Shown: positions 1-9,194 of the stretch, piece by piece | How positions within the stretch are numbered: position 1 is the first letter of the stretch | Layout of the letters: each line of letters opens with the position of its first letter | Assembly (NCBI GenBank): GCA_026387455.1 | Contig: JAPLLR010000017.1 | Coordinates: forward strand, 5,635-69,634 | Direction of reading: 5' to 3' | DNA: 64,000 nucleotides | From: Candidatus Omnitrophota bacterium | GTDB taxonomy: Bacteria > Omnitrophota > Gorgyraeia > Gygaellales > Profunditerraquicolaceae | Program-made: the position numbers and the translations under genes | Notes under the pieces: generated by a model | The model's input: the letters and a program-made list of their open reading frames with translations, nothing else | Told to the model about the DNA's origin: nothing | Database searches by the model: none

Positions 1-3000
1 GCTAGTAATTCCCCCTACCCCGGCAGTCAGAGTAACATTATTAGCACCATTATTGGCATTAAGCCTAGCGGTCGCGCCGGTGAAAACAATGGTACCCGTA
101 GTGATACTATCATTATTGGTAGTATTGACCAACCCGTTAAATGTAGTTGTCCCGCTACCGGCGACCTGATTTAAGGCCGTGGCAGTAATCGCTACTAAAT
201 TCGCGTTACCTGCGCTGTTAATAGTGATAGTGCCAAGTGGCGTACCACCGCCTACTATACCATTAAGATTTATGGTGCCAGTGCCGGCAGTGAGGCCAAG
301 GGTTTCTGTGTAGGCTGTAGTTGCGTCTATGGTGTTATTAAAGGTGATATCTCCAATACCTGCTCCTGTATTTAAGAGAACATTCCCGGTAAGAGTAACT
401 GCGGTAGCGAAGCTAATATCGTCATTAGTAGTAGTGATATCTCCGGCAGTAGATACTGCGCCTGCACCGTTCTGGGTGAAAGAGCCGTCGAGGGTCATGT
501 CACCGGCGCCTGCAATGGTCAATAATCCGGCATTAGTCACTTCAACAATGCCCCCGCCTGCTGTATTCACCGTATTATTAAAGGTAAAGGCATTACCGGT
601 AAGGTCAACTCCGCCTGCGGCATTGGTATCCAGTGCGCCATTAAATGTGGTGGTGCCTGTACCGGCGACTTGTGTTAGGGATGAAGCTCTGATTGCTGCA
701 GCAGTAACGTCAGTTGTGCTTGTTACGGTAACGGCCCCTAATCTAGTTCCGCCGCCCACCGCACCGGTAAAGGTAATATTTCCGGTACCGGCAGTCAGGC
801 CTAAAGTCTCTGTACCGGCTACAGTTCCGTTGAGGGTATTATTAAAGATGACATTGCCTATGCCCGCGCCAGTATTTAAGAGAACGTTCCCAGTGAGAGT
901 GACTGCGGTAGCAAAACTGATGTTGTCATTAGTAGTAGTGATATCTCCGGCAGTAGATACTGCGCCTGCACCGTTCTGGGTGAAAGAGCCGTCGAGGGTC
1001 ATGTCACCGGCGCCTGCAATGGTCAATAATCCGGCATTAGTCACTTCAACAATGCCGCCGCCTGCTGTATTCACCGTATTATTAAAGGTAAAGGCATTAC
1101 CGGTAAGGTCAACTCCGCCTGCGGCATTGGTATCCAGTGCGCCATTAAAGGTAGTTGTACCCGTGCCGCCAAGCTGGGTGATGGTTACACTGGAAATATC
1201 GGTTGCGGTTACATCATTTGCTCCTGTGATAGTAAGATTGCTTAATCTGGCTCCGCCGCCTACTATACCTCCAAAGACGATATCGCCTGTGCCGGAGTTA
1301 AGACCAAGATCAAATCCGCCGTTAACTGTGTTTGTAAAATTAATATTACCTATCCCGGCTACAGACTGGGTGCTAAGAAGGACATTCCCGGTTAAAGTAA
1401 CTGGAGTTAAAAAGCTGATAAGATCATTAGAAGTAGTAATGTCTCCAGCAGTGGAAGCCGCGCCTGCGCCGTTCTGGGTGAAGGCGCCGTCGAGAACCAT
1501 ATCACCGCTAGCAGCATCAATTGTTAGAAGACCTCCGTTGGTAAAGGTCACTTTTCCGCCTGCAGTAGTGGTAATAGCCGGGCCAGCGCCTACGCCTATA
1601 ACGTGGATAGCTCCGCCGGAAATGAATGTTAAATCTTTGTTCTGGGTTAGATTAACGTTTCCGACCGCTGCACCATTTGCGATTGTTATAGCACCGCTTG
1701 CTGCGTCGCCTATAGTCATAGGAATAGCGATAGAGTCGAGAAATAAATCAGTAATATTAAAACCTTTTGTGTTGTCTTCAACACCGATAAGCGTTCCTGG
1801 GGTGTACGGCGCTATAGTTATGGCAGAAGCTGTAATAAGGCCTACATTAAAGGTAAAGGCGTCAGAGACAAATCTAATAGCAAAGGCGCCTGCATTTATC
1901 GTAATAGCAGGACCCGGGTCGCCTAAGACCATTCCGGTTTTTGATCTTAAGTCTATGCCATAACCACCGACTGATCCGGTAGTGGTTATATTATCGGCAA
2001 ATGTTGTTATGCCCTGACTATCTGCTTGGTCAATATTTGTCGCTCTGACAGCACCGCTAAATGTAACATCGTTAGCCTGAATAATATTCAAAGCATTTAG
2101 AGGCCTGGTAGCGCCTACTGCGCCGGTAAGAGTAATATTACCGCCGGTGACCGCTATCGCGTCAAAACCCGCGTTAAGGGTCAGGCTCTTGGCTCCACCT
2201 AAAGTGCTGTCTGTTGTGCCTAAAATCGAAATATCTGCGCCGGCTTCTGAACCTACTGCCCCGGCAAAGGTTGTATCTAAGGTAACCAGGGCTGCGCCTA
2301 CTTCCACGCTATCTAAAATATTAATTGCAACCCGGTCAGTGATGATATCGGCGTTTAAGGTAGTGGTTGCGCCCGAGCCATCGAGAGTAAGTGTCCCGCT
2401 ACCATGGTCATCTTGAATCGTACCATTAACTATAATTGCTCCGACAAAGATACCGAAAACGACAGGTGACTGAATTGTCGCAGGATCATGGAAAGTAATC
2501 GCATTTATGGTGATAACACCACAACTATTGGTGCGGCCGATTGTAATAAGGGGGTGCCCATCGGCAATCTGTCCAAGTTCTGGGGCTGTCAGGTTTAAAG
2601 CACCTACCACGCCACCTGGACCAGCAATATCAATATCTCTAGTTACAGTTGAGGGTTGAAGCGTAATCGCGCCTGTGCCGTTGATAGCAGCGTTAAGCTC
2701 CATTTCATCAGCGGTCAGCGTAAATGTGTTTGTGGCGCCAGTCGTGATCCCATTAAGAGTAATCGTATTAGTTCCCGCATCAAGAGTAGTTGTGCCATCT
2801 AATGTCAGGGCACCTAAAGTCATAGCTGTGTTAGTGGTGTTTACTGTACCTCTTGTATGCGTGGCGCTTGGACCGGCGTCGGTCTGTAATCCTCCGGTAA
2901 AGGTAGAACTGTCAGTGTTGTCATTACCTAGGGTTACGGTACCAGTGTTTAAGAAATTCGTAGCTCCGGCAATAGTATTGGTGCCGCCGGTAAAAGAGAT

Positions 3001-6000
3001 ATTGTAAGCGTTGGCAGTGCCGGCTGCGGACATCCCGGCACTGGCCGTGGTATTATCCAGGAAGGCGACTGTGGAAGCCGCGGCAGAATCGCTGATGGTA
3101 ATGGTGTTGGCGGTAAAGGTATTGCCGAAGGTCGCTCCGCCGGAATTAGTGATAGTGACAACGCCGATATCAGTGCCCACAGTACCGGTGACAGAGACTG
3201 CTCCGGTAAGATTAAAGGTAACATTGGACGCTGGTAATCCGGCTGTGCCGGCGATACTGGTCACAGTTGCACCGCCCGAACCGCCGGTGCCTAAGGTCAA
3301 GGTAACGCCGTCGCTTAAAGTGGTATTACCCAGGGTGATCAGGCCGCTTCCCGCGGCCAGAGTGCTGGAGCCGGTTACCGAGGTAGTGTTGTTTAAGTTG
3401 ATCGGCGCGTTAGTAGAGGAGATATTGCCATCGATAGCGTTGATTCCGGCAGTGTGAGTTAGGCCGCCGGCAAAGGCCGAGGCATCGCCGCCGCCGTTAC
3501 CGAAGGTGACACTACCGGTATTAGCCAGTGTAGTCGCCCCGACCCCGGCAATAGTATTGGTGCCGCCGGTAAAAGAAATATTGTAAGCGTTGGCAGTGCC
3601 GGCTGCGGACATCCCGGTTAAGGCCGTGGTATTATCCAGGAAGGCGACTGTGGAAGCCGCGGCAGAATCGCTGATGGTAATGGTGTTAGCGGTCACTGAA
3701 TTACTAAACGTAGCGCCGTTACTGCTAATAATAGTTAATACATTTATAGGCGAAACTCCGCCTCCTGCGCCCACCGCACCAGTTAAACTTATAACTCCAG
3801 TAGTTCCTGCTCTTAAACTTAGATTCCGGTTTGCTCCTGAACTATCAGTAGTACCGGTAATGCCGATAGCCGCTCCTGTTACAGTTCCGCCGACATTGGT
3901 GGTATCAAGTAATATATTCGCACCGAGCAATACATTATCGCTGATGTTTATCGCCCTGCCTGCGGTAGTGATATTGGCATTAAGAGTAGTAGCTCCCCCT
4001 CCGTCAATAGTAACAGAAGCATCATCTGAACCTGTAACCAGACCATTAACTGTGATAGAACCGCTGGGTGATTGAATAGTCACCGGATCATAAAAAGTGA
4101 CATTACCAGCTAGTACGCTTACCGTGATAAGCCCTGATGTGTCTAAGCGACCGATGGTAATCGAGCTGAATCCATTCTTCAAAGCCAAAATGTCCGCTGC
4201 GGATAAGTCCAGTATACCCGCACCTCCAGCTATACCTATACTTGTAGCTGCGGCTGAGGGCTGAAGAAGAATGGTGCTAGAGCCGGTCACGGAATTCGCG
4301 CCGCCCAGTAAATCTATCTCATCGGCAGTAAGAATCAAAGCATTTGCTCCGGCAGCCAAATTATTATTCACCGTTACAGTCGCCGTTCCGGCGTTGATAG
4401 TGACAGGACCTCCTAAACTTACCGGAGTATTTGCAGCAAAGGTAATATTGTTGTTAGTAGTTGTCAGATCTCCGTTCAAGGTCACGGTTCCGCCTGAACC
4501 CGTGGTATAAGTCTGGGTATTGGTGGTACGCGTAGCCTGCATCCCTATAGTCCCATTAGTCCCGCCAGCTCCTCCGGTAGTAGTAATGCTTAAATCATCT
4601 ACATAAGAGCCACCAGCATTGCTTAAGGCCACGCTTGTTACATTGCCTCCGGCTGAGCCGGCATTAGTAGTCGCGGTATTTAATGTAAGGTCGCGATTTG
4701 CCGCGTTCGCCGATACACCTGTGCCTGCCAGAGTAATCCCGCCAGCAGAGGCATTATTATCCTGCTCAGTATCAATAGTTATACTTGCCCCTAATCGGAT
4801 ATCTCCGGTCAAACTCACACTGCTCAGATCGCCATTAGTATCCACTAAGATATTATTACCCAGAGTAATCGTTCCGTCTATAGCAGCATCGGTAGTTACG
4901 GAAAAATCATTAATATACTTATCCCCGCCAGCATTATTATCCACTAAACCGATGGTCACTGCTCCGCCTGAGGCATCGGCAAAACTGGTAGAAGCATCGA
5001 TATTAAAATCATAGCCTACAGCATTAGCATAAATATTGGAGGTCCCTAAATTAACTGCTCCGGCATTATTGTTATTTCCTGTTTCCGTATCTATGGTTAC
5101 GCCGTTAGCTCTGATATCGATATCCTTGCCGCCGCTTACCGTAACAGTTCCGTTATCCGTAGAAAGATTTGCTCCCATCCTAAGTGAAGACGGGTTTGTA
5201 AAAGATATCCCCCCGCCTGTTCCGCCGCTAGTATCAATGGCGTTGCCCACTGTCACTACGCCGGTATTATTAATGGTGACACTCCCGCCATTAGTAGTAA
5301 TTGTGCCACTGGTATTATTAAAGGTAGTGCCGCTGGATTGAAAAGCGCCTCCTCCAGTAGTCACAGCTAAACCTAGCGTTACTGCCCCACTATGATTTAG
5401 AGTTACGCCGCCGCCACCTCCACTTGTAGAAATCGTCCCGCTGGTAAGATTTTCGAATGTGGTTCCAGCAGAACTAAAAGTTCCGCCATTGGTGTTAATC
5501 TGATCTCTGATTTGCACACCCGTGGTGTGCGCGCTTAAGTCTACATTGCCGCCATTAGTAGTAATTGTTGCTCCAACCTGACTATCGAAAGATGTTCCGT
5601 CAGAAATAAAACTGCCTGTGCCTGTATTGATGGTATCTCTAATATTTACTGTTCCACTGTGGCCGGTCAAGTCTACATTGCCGCCATTAGTAGTAATTGT
5701 GCCGCCGGCAATAGTTTGAAAATTTGTTCCAGAAGAGCTAAAACTACCTACCCCGCTATTAACCGCCGCACGAATGCCCACCGCACCAGTATGTCCGGTA
5801 AGATTAACATTGCCGCCACTTGTGGTAATCGTACCAGAGGCATTACTGTCAAATGAGGTGCCGCTAGAAGTAAAATTACCACCGCCGGTGGTGATTGCTG
5901 AATTTACATCTACAGTTGTAATGGCAGCCAATGTAACGTTTAATTTACCCGTGCCTCCGGTGTTGGCAATCCCCTGGCTTAGTGTGATACTACCCTGGGC

Positions 6001-7518
6001 GTTTAGTATCAAATTAACGTCAATGTTCCCTGCTGATTTGTTAATAGCACCAGCGGCACCCTGAGTAATATTTCCCGCCTGCGCACCGCCGGCTGTATTA
6101 AGCGTGACGCTAGTGCCTGTATTCAAGTTAGTATTAATAGTACCTGCGTTTACCGTAGAATTAATCCCGGTAGAGCCCCATACTCCACCAGCCCAACCGC
6201 CATTAAAATCAGCGCCATTTATTGTTAGATTATATCCCGGGTCGATATAGAATGTGCCTGCTTTTCCGTTTGGAGCAGTTGCGTCTGCTTTACCATAAAC
6301 TTCAACATGTTCTCTTCCGGATACCTCTATAAAGCCACCATCGCCAGAAAGCGCGCCACCATTGGCATAAATTATTGCGCCCGACCAAAAAAGAGTCGTC
6401 TCAGGCGAATAAACAATTACTCTTCCCCCATTTCCGCTTAATTCAGAATTAGCCGTAGTTAAGCTATCGGAGTCTAATGCTAAAGTATCGCTGGCAAATA
6501 AATCAATATTTCCCCCATCGCCATTTACGCTATCGGCATGAATCTCTCCAAACTGCCCGACTTTTTCGCCGTTGATGGAGACATCACCGCCATCCGTATC
6601 ATCATCCACCGCGGATACACTTATTCCGCCGCTGTTTTGAATAATGCCGGAGCTGTTAGAAGTAAGAATTACCTCGCCGCCGCTATTAACCAATGAGCTG
6701 GCACGGACCGTCCCTTCCTGATTGATAAGATTATCAAATATGCCATCCACTGCTTCAGCCCGAATATTCACTAAGCCACCATCGGCAGTAATGGTGCCTG
6801 AGTTATTTACCCCGTCCTTGATATCCTGGCCGTCCGGCCCAGATACCGCATTCTTAACCTTATCATCCACTGCTGCCGAAATCAGACCACGGCTGTCTAA
6901 GTCCAAGGTCACCGCATCACCTGAGGCCAGATTCACGCTTCCCATGTGCGCCTGAATTACACCTTCATTTCTCACTGCCCCGCCCAGCAAAGAAATCCCC
7001 CCGCCGCTAGCAGCAATAAGCGAACCCTGATTAATAACGAAAGCACTGGTTAACCCCTGATTCTGAAAATGGTAGTTTCCGGATTTAAAATCATCGTTAT
7101 TCATATCCAGGGAAGAAGCCACTAAGCCCGCCACATTGACTGATGAGCCGGGGCCGAAAAGTATGCCGTTAGGATTAATCAGAAAGATATTTCCGTTAGC
7201 GTTAAGGAAGCCAAAAATCTCAGAGATATTGCCTCCTGTCACCCGGTTAAGAGCAACTGAAGACGCGCCAGGCTGCAGGAAATTAACCGTATTACCTGTG
7301 CCGATACTGAAACTATTGTAATTAATAATAGCCCGGTCAGAGGTAGAGATATTTAAAGCGTTGGCCTGCGAGCGGTCAAAGCTGGCATCCCCATAAACCA
7401 CCTGCTCGCCCTGAGGAAGCTCTCCGGCAAATGCCGGGCGAAAAGCGATTCCGCTGGCCATGGCTAAAACCAGGATCACCCGCAAATATTTGTCTAAAGT
7501 AAGTCTATATGTGCCCAT
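1..7518 (-). CDS. Giant TpsA-family exoprotein (filamentous-haemagglutinin-like adhesin or toxin), partial. The C-terminus lies beyond the window start, so at least 2,505 codons are visible. The N-terminus carries a two-partner-secretion (TPS) domain followed by a long beta-helical repeat region.
   Basis: Minus-strand frame (codons at 3k+1..3k+3) was hand-translated at 1-111, 2401-2460, 3001-3060, 5041-5100, 6241-6300 and 7000-7518, and was open every time. N-terminus reads MGTYRLTLDKYLRVILVLAMASGIAFRPAFAGELPQGEQVVYGDASFDRSQANALNISTSDRAIINYNSFSIGTGNTVNFLQPGASSVALNRVTGGNISEIFGFLNANGNIFLINPNGILFGPGSSVNVAGLVASSLDMNNDDFKSGNYHFQNQG, which matches the haemagglutination-activity/TPS domain consensus (NxxxxxxW-SFNIG..E.V.F.QP-S..LNRV...S.I.G.L.ANG.VFLINPNGI.FG). 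Downstream come Gly/Thr/Asn-rich beta-helix repeats (e.g. NVTLTAGVGGITS, DSITTGTIVFTGA). It is absent from the ORF track only because its stop codon lies outside the window. Confidence 0.8.
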   Translation of the reverse strand, partial: MGTYRLTLDKYLRVILVLAMASGIAFRPAFAGELPQGEQVVYGDASFDRSQANALNISTSDRAIINYNSFSIGTGNTVNFLQPGASSVALNRVTGGNISEIFGFLNANGNIFLINPNGILFGPGSSVNVAGLVASSLDMNNDDFKSGNYHFQNQGLTSAFVINQGSLIAASGGGISLLGGAVRNEGVIQAHMGSVNLASGDAVTLDLDSRGLISAAVDDKVKNAVSGPDGQDIKDGVNNSGTITADGGLVNIRAEAVDGIFDNLINQEGTVRASSLVNSGGEVILTSNSSGIIQNSGGISVSAVDDDTDGGDVSINGEKVGQFGEIHADSVNGDGGNIDLFASDTLALDSDSLTTANSELSGNGGRVIVYSPETTLFWSGAIIYANGGALSGDGGFIEVSGREHVEVYGKADATAPNGKAGTFYIDPGYNLTINGADFNGGWAGGVWGSTGINSTVNAGTINTNLNTGTSVTLNTAGGAQAGNITQGAAGAINKSAGNIDVNLILNAQGSITLSQGIANTGGTGKLNVTLAAITTVDVNSAITTGGGNFTSSGTSFDSNASGTITTSGGNVNLTGHTGAVGIRAAVNSGVGSFSSSGTNFQTIAGGTITTNGGNVDLTGHSGTVNIRDTINTGTGSFISDGTSFDSQVGATITTNGGNVDLSAHTTGVQIRDQINTNGGTFSSAGTTFENLTSGTISTSGGGGGVTLNHSGAVTLGLAVTTGGGAFQSSGTTFNNTSGTITTNGGSVTINNTGVVTVGNAIDTSGGTGGGISFTNPSSLRMGANLSTDNGTVTVSGGKDIDIRANGVTIDTETGNNNNAGAVNLGTSNIYANAVGYDFNIDASTSFADASGGAVTIGLVDNNAGGDKYINDFSVTTDAAIDGTITLGNNILVDTNGDLSSVSLTGDIRLGASITIDTEQDNNASAGGITLAGTGVSANAANRDLTLNTATTNAGSAGGNVTSVALSNAGGSYVDDLSITTTGGAGGTNGTIGMQATRTTNTQTYTTGSGGTVTLNGDLTTTNNNITFAANTPVSLGGPVTINAGTATVTVNNNLAAGANALILTADEIDLLGGANSVTGSSTILLQPSAAATSIGIAGGAGILDLSAADILALKNGFSSITIGRLDTSGLITVSVLAGNVTFYDPVTIQSPSGSITVNGLVTGSDDASVTIDGGGATTLNANITTAGRAINISDNVLLGANILLDTTNVGGTVTGAAIGITGTTDSSGANRNLSLRAGTTGVISLTGAVGAGGGVSPINVLTIISSNGATFSNSVTANTITISDSAAASTVAFLDNTTALTGMSAAGTANAYNISFTGGTNTIAGVGATTLANTGSVTFGNGGGDASAFAGGLTHTAGINAIDGNISSTNAPINLNNTTSVTGSSTLAAGSGLITLGNTTLSDGVTLTLGTGGSGGATVTSIAGTAGLPASNVTFNLTGAVSVTGTVGTDIGVVTITNSGGATFGNTFTANTITISDSAAASTVAFLDNTTASAGMSAAGTANAYNISFTGGTNTIAGATNFLNTGTVTLGNDNTDSSTFTGGLQTDAGPSATHTRGTVNTTNTAMTLGALTLDGTTTLDAGTNTITLNGITTGATNTFTLTADEMELNAAINGTGAITLQPSTVTRDIDIAGPGGVVGALNLTAPELGQIADGHPLITIGRTNSCGVITINAITFHDPATIQSPVVFGIFVGAIIVNGTIQDDHGSGTLTLDGSGATTTLNADIITDRVAINILDSVEVGAALVTLDTTFAGAVGSEAGADISILGTTDSTLGGAKSLTLNAGFDAIAVTGGNITLTGAVGATRPLNALNIIQANDVTFSGAVRATNIDQADSQGITTFADNITTTGSVGGYGIDLRSKTGMVLGDPGPAITINAGAFAIRFVSDAFTFNVGLITASAITIAPYTPGTLIGVEDNTKGFNITDLFLDSIAIPMTIGDAASGAITIANGAAVGNVNLTQNKDLTFISGGAIHVIGVGAGPAITTTAGGKVTFTNGGLLTIDAASGDMVLDGAFTQNGAGAASTAGDITTSNDLISFLTPVTLTGNVLLSTQSVAGIGNINFTNTVNGGFDLGLNSGTGDIVFGGIVGGGARLSNLTITGANDVTATDISSVTITQLGGTGTTTFNGALDTNAAGGVDLTGNAFTFNNTVNTAGGGIVEVTNAGLLTIAGAGDMTLDGSFTQNGAGAVSTAGDITTTNDNISFATAVTLTGNVLLNTGAGIGNVIFNNTLNGTVAGTETLGLTAGTGNITFTGAVGGGTRLGAVTVTSTTDVTAAAIRASSLTQVAGTGTTTFNGALDTNAAGGVDLTGNAFTFNNTVNTAGGGIVEVTNAGLLTIAGAGDMTLDGSFTQNGAGAVSTAGDITTTNDDISFATAVTLTGNVLLNTGAGIGDITFNNTIDATTAYTETLGLTAGTGTINLNGIVGGGTPLGTITINSAGNANLVAITATALNQVAGSGTTTFNGLVNTTNNDSITTGTIVFTGATARLNANNGANNVTLTAGVGGITS
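335..1180 (-). repeat. Near-identical tandem duplication (unit about 522 bp, roughly 174 aa) inside the TpsA coding region.
   Basis: Sequence 335-856 recurs almost base-for-base at 857-1180 (e.g. ggtgatatctcc...gtcaccggcgcctgcaatggtcaataatccggcattagtcacttcaacaatgcc). The antisense ORF 329..1963 shows the same peptide twice. Confidence 0.8.
2962..3719 (-). repeat. Pair of dispersed direct repeats of about 170 bp (2962-3132 and 3549-3719) inside TpsA.
   Basis: Both copies contain ggcaatagtattggtgccgccggtaaaaga[g/a]atattgtaagcgttggcagtgccggctgcggacatcccgg...gtggtattatccaggaaggcgactgtggaagccgcggcagaatcgctgatggtaatggtgtt. The antisense ORFs 3011..3457 and 3590..4075 share the N-terminal peptide MAVPAADIP... 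Confidence 0.8.
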
Positions 7519-9194
7519 AGATATACTGTGCTTTTGGAGTTATCCGAAGTCCGGGGATGCAAAGGAAAGCCCCAGTCAGCCTTCAGATAAAAATCTTTCC
7601 AGGGCTGGAACCGAATCCCCCAGCCCGCGCCCATCAAAGTGTCAGAACCGTGTTCTCCCACCAAAGGACTACGCAGCCAACCCTGGCCGTAATCCCAGAA
7701 CCAAACAAACTGGATCTTATCGCGCAATTTATTATTTTTAGGAATTAAGTACACCGGAGTGCGCCATTCAATATTTACGTTATAGCCGCAGTCTCCCATA
7801 AACTCAAGCTCAGGATACCCGCGCACTGTCTGGGCGCCACCAATATAATATTGTTCACCGGCTACCAGCTTGTCCCCCGAATATTGCCCGCGCGCCGAAA
7901 CCAGCAAAAATGAAGACAGCGGCAGGTTTAATCTCCTGCCCACACTAAGCACATACTTGGTAAACTCACCACCCGAACCTAAGCGGCTTGCGTCAGGATC
8001 GTCTTTACCCAAAGCCCCGGCAAAATCCGGAATGCCAAAATCAGTTTCAAAATTCGCATAGGTCGCGCCCCATGCATCAGAACCATCTAAACTAAAATTC
8101 AGCTTGGCCACGCTTACGTTATCACTTGAAGTAGTGGTGCCCAAAAGATAATTCTTACTGTGTTTGATATCTAAACCGAATCCGCCGTTACCGCGGATAT
8201 TCTCGCTATTAATAAAAGGATGCACCACGTATGTCCCAGCTACCCAGGCCCAGCCGTTGGCATCCAACACTTCAAACTCCCTCACCAGGTCAGTCTTGAC
8301 ATAACTGCCATAGCCCCCGATCCGTGTACCCAGATAATTCACCGGCACGTTATAATCCAGGCTTCCGCCGTTAAGCTTCTCGTTGCTTTTTTGGAACCTG
8401 ACGGTAAATATATCGTCAACGCCAAAGAGATTGTTATTGCTGTATCCAACGCCAAAGCGCTGCTTGCCGGTATATTTTGTTCCATAGGTATTATAGTCTA
8501 AGAAAAAGTGCTGTGGATTCTCGTCCGTAACCTTCAAGACCACATCTGTGGTGTCCTTACGCTCACCAGTCAAAAGCACGGCTTTGACTGTACGGTCGGG
8601 ATTGGTATTCAAGCGGCGCACACTCTTCATCAAGTCCTTGTAAAGTACGGTATCTCCTTCGCGGATATGTAATTTCCAACGCACGTATTCCTTATCAAAA
8701 TATTTCCCGCCTTCGATATTAATAGTCCCGATACAACCTTCGACGACTCGGATCTCTATTGTATTATCGATAATCTTTTGCACCGGCACATATACGTATG
8801 TGGTGATATAGCCTTTAGAGCGGTAGAATTTCTGGATAGCGCTGGCTAGCTCATTGAATTCTTTCAAACCCAGGCGCTTATCCTTATACTGGGCTAATAT
8901 AGGTAAAAAGTCCTCAGGAGTAAAAATAGTGACCCCGTTTAAAACAAACTTGACGACCTTCACCCCACCCTCGGTTTTTTCTTCCACCACCGCTTGAGCA
9001 GGCCGCTCATCCTTTACCTCGATCTTTACCTTTGGCTTGATAAGCCCGGACTTTTCCTCCTGCAGGCGCAGAGTATCTTCCATCTGCTGCTCAATAGCCC
9101 CGGCCTTGGTAGAAGCCGGTGCCTGGGCATAAGACGTGGCAACAACACCGAACAGAAACGCCAGAAATAAAATTGCGGTTATTCTTTTATCCAT
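7494..9194 (-). CDS. TpsB outer-membrane transporter of the two-partner secretion system (ShlB/FhaC/HecB family; POTRA domains plus a 16-strand beta-barrel).
   Basis: ORF 7494..9242; the likely start is M17 (MDKRITAILFLAFLFGVVATSYAQA, a signal peptide). It is about 566 aa, as is FhaC. It carries the conserved loop-6 motif YYIGGAQTVRGYPE of ShlB-type barrels. It sits immediately upstream of tpsA, and its stop overlaps the tpsA start by about 25 nt. Confidence 0.7.
   Translation of the reverse strand: MDKRITAILFLAFLFGVVATSYAQAPASTKAGAIEQQMEDTLRLQEEKSGLIKPKVKIEVKDERPAQAVVEEKTEGGVKVVKFVLNGVTIFTPEDFLPILAQYKDKRLGLKEFNELASAIQKFYRSKGYITTYVYVPVQKIIDNTIEIRVVEGCIGTINIEGGKYFDKEYVRWKLHIREGDTVLYKDLMKSVRRLNTNPDRTVKAVLLTGERKDTTDVVLKVTDENPQHFFLDYNTYGTKYTGKQRFGVGYSNNNLFGVDDIFTVRFQKSNEKLNGGSLDYNVPVNYLGTRIGGYGSYVKTDLVREFEVLDANGWAWVAGTYVVHPFINSENIRGNGGFGLDIKHSKNYLLGTTTSSDNVSVAKLNFSLDGSDAWGATYANFETDFGIPDFAGALGKDDPDASRLGSGGEFTKYVLSVGRRLNLPLSSFLLVSARGQYSGDKLVAGEQYYIGGAQTVRGYPELEFMGDCGYNVNIEWRTPVYLIPKNNKLRDKIQFVWFWDYGQGWLRSPLVGEHGSDTLMGAGWGIRFQPWKDFYLKADWGFPLHPRTSDNSKSTVYLWAHIDLL

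Noticed and set aside
329-7321. About 18 plus-strand ORFs (329..1963, 2147..2416, 2675..3007, 3011..3457, 3590..4075 ... 7136..7321) with Pro/Val/Ala/Thr-rich low-complexity translations.
   Set aside because: They are antisense or out-of-frame readings of the single minus-strand tpsA gene. Its beta-helix repeats are stop-poor in several frames. The minus-strand frame gives a bona fide TPS domain and coherent repeats.
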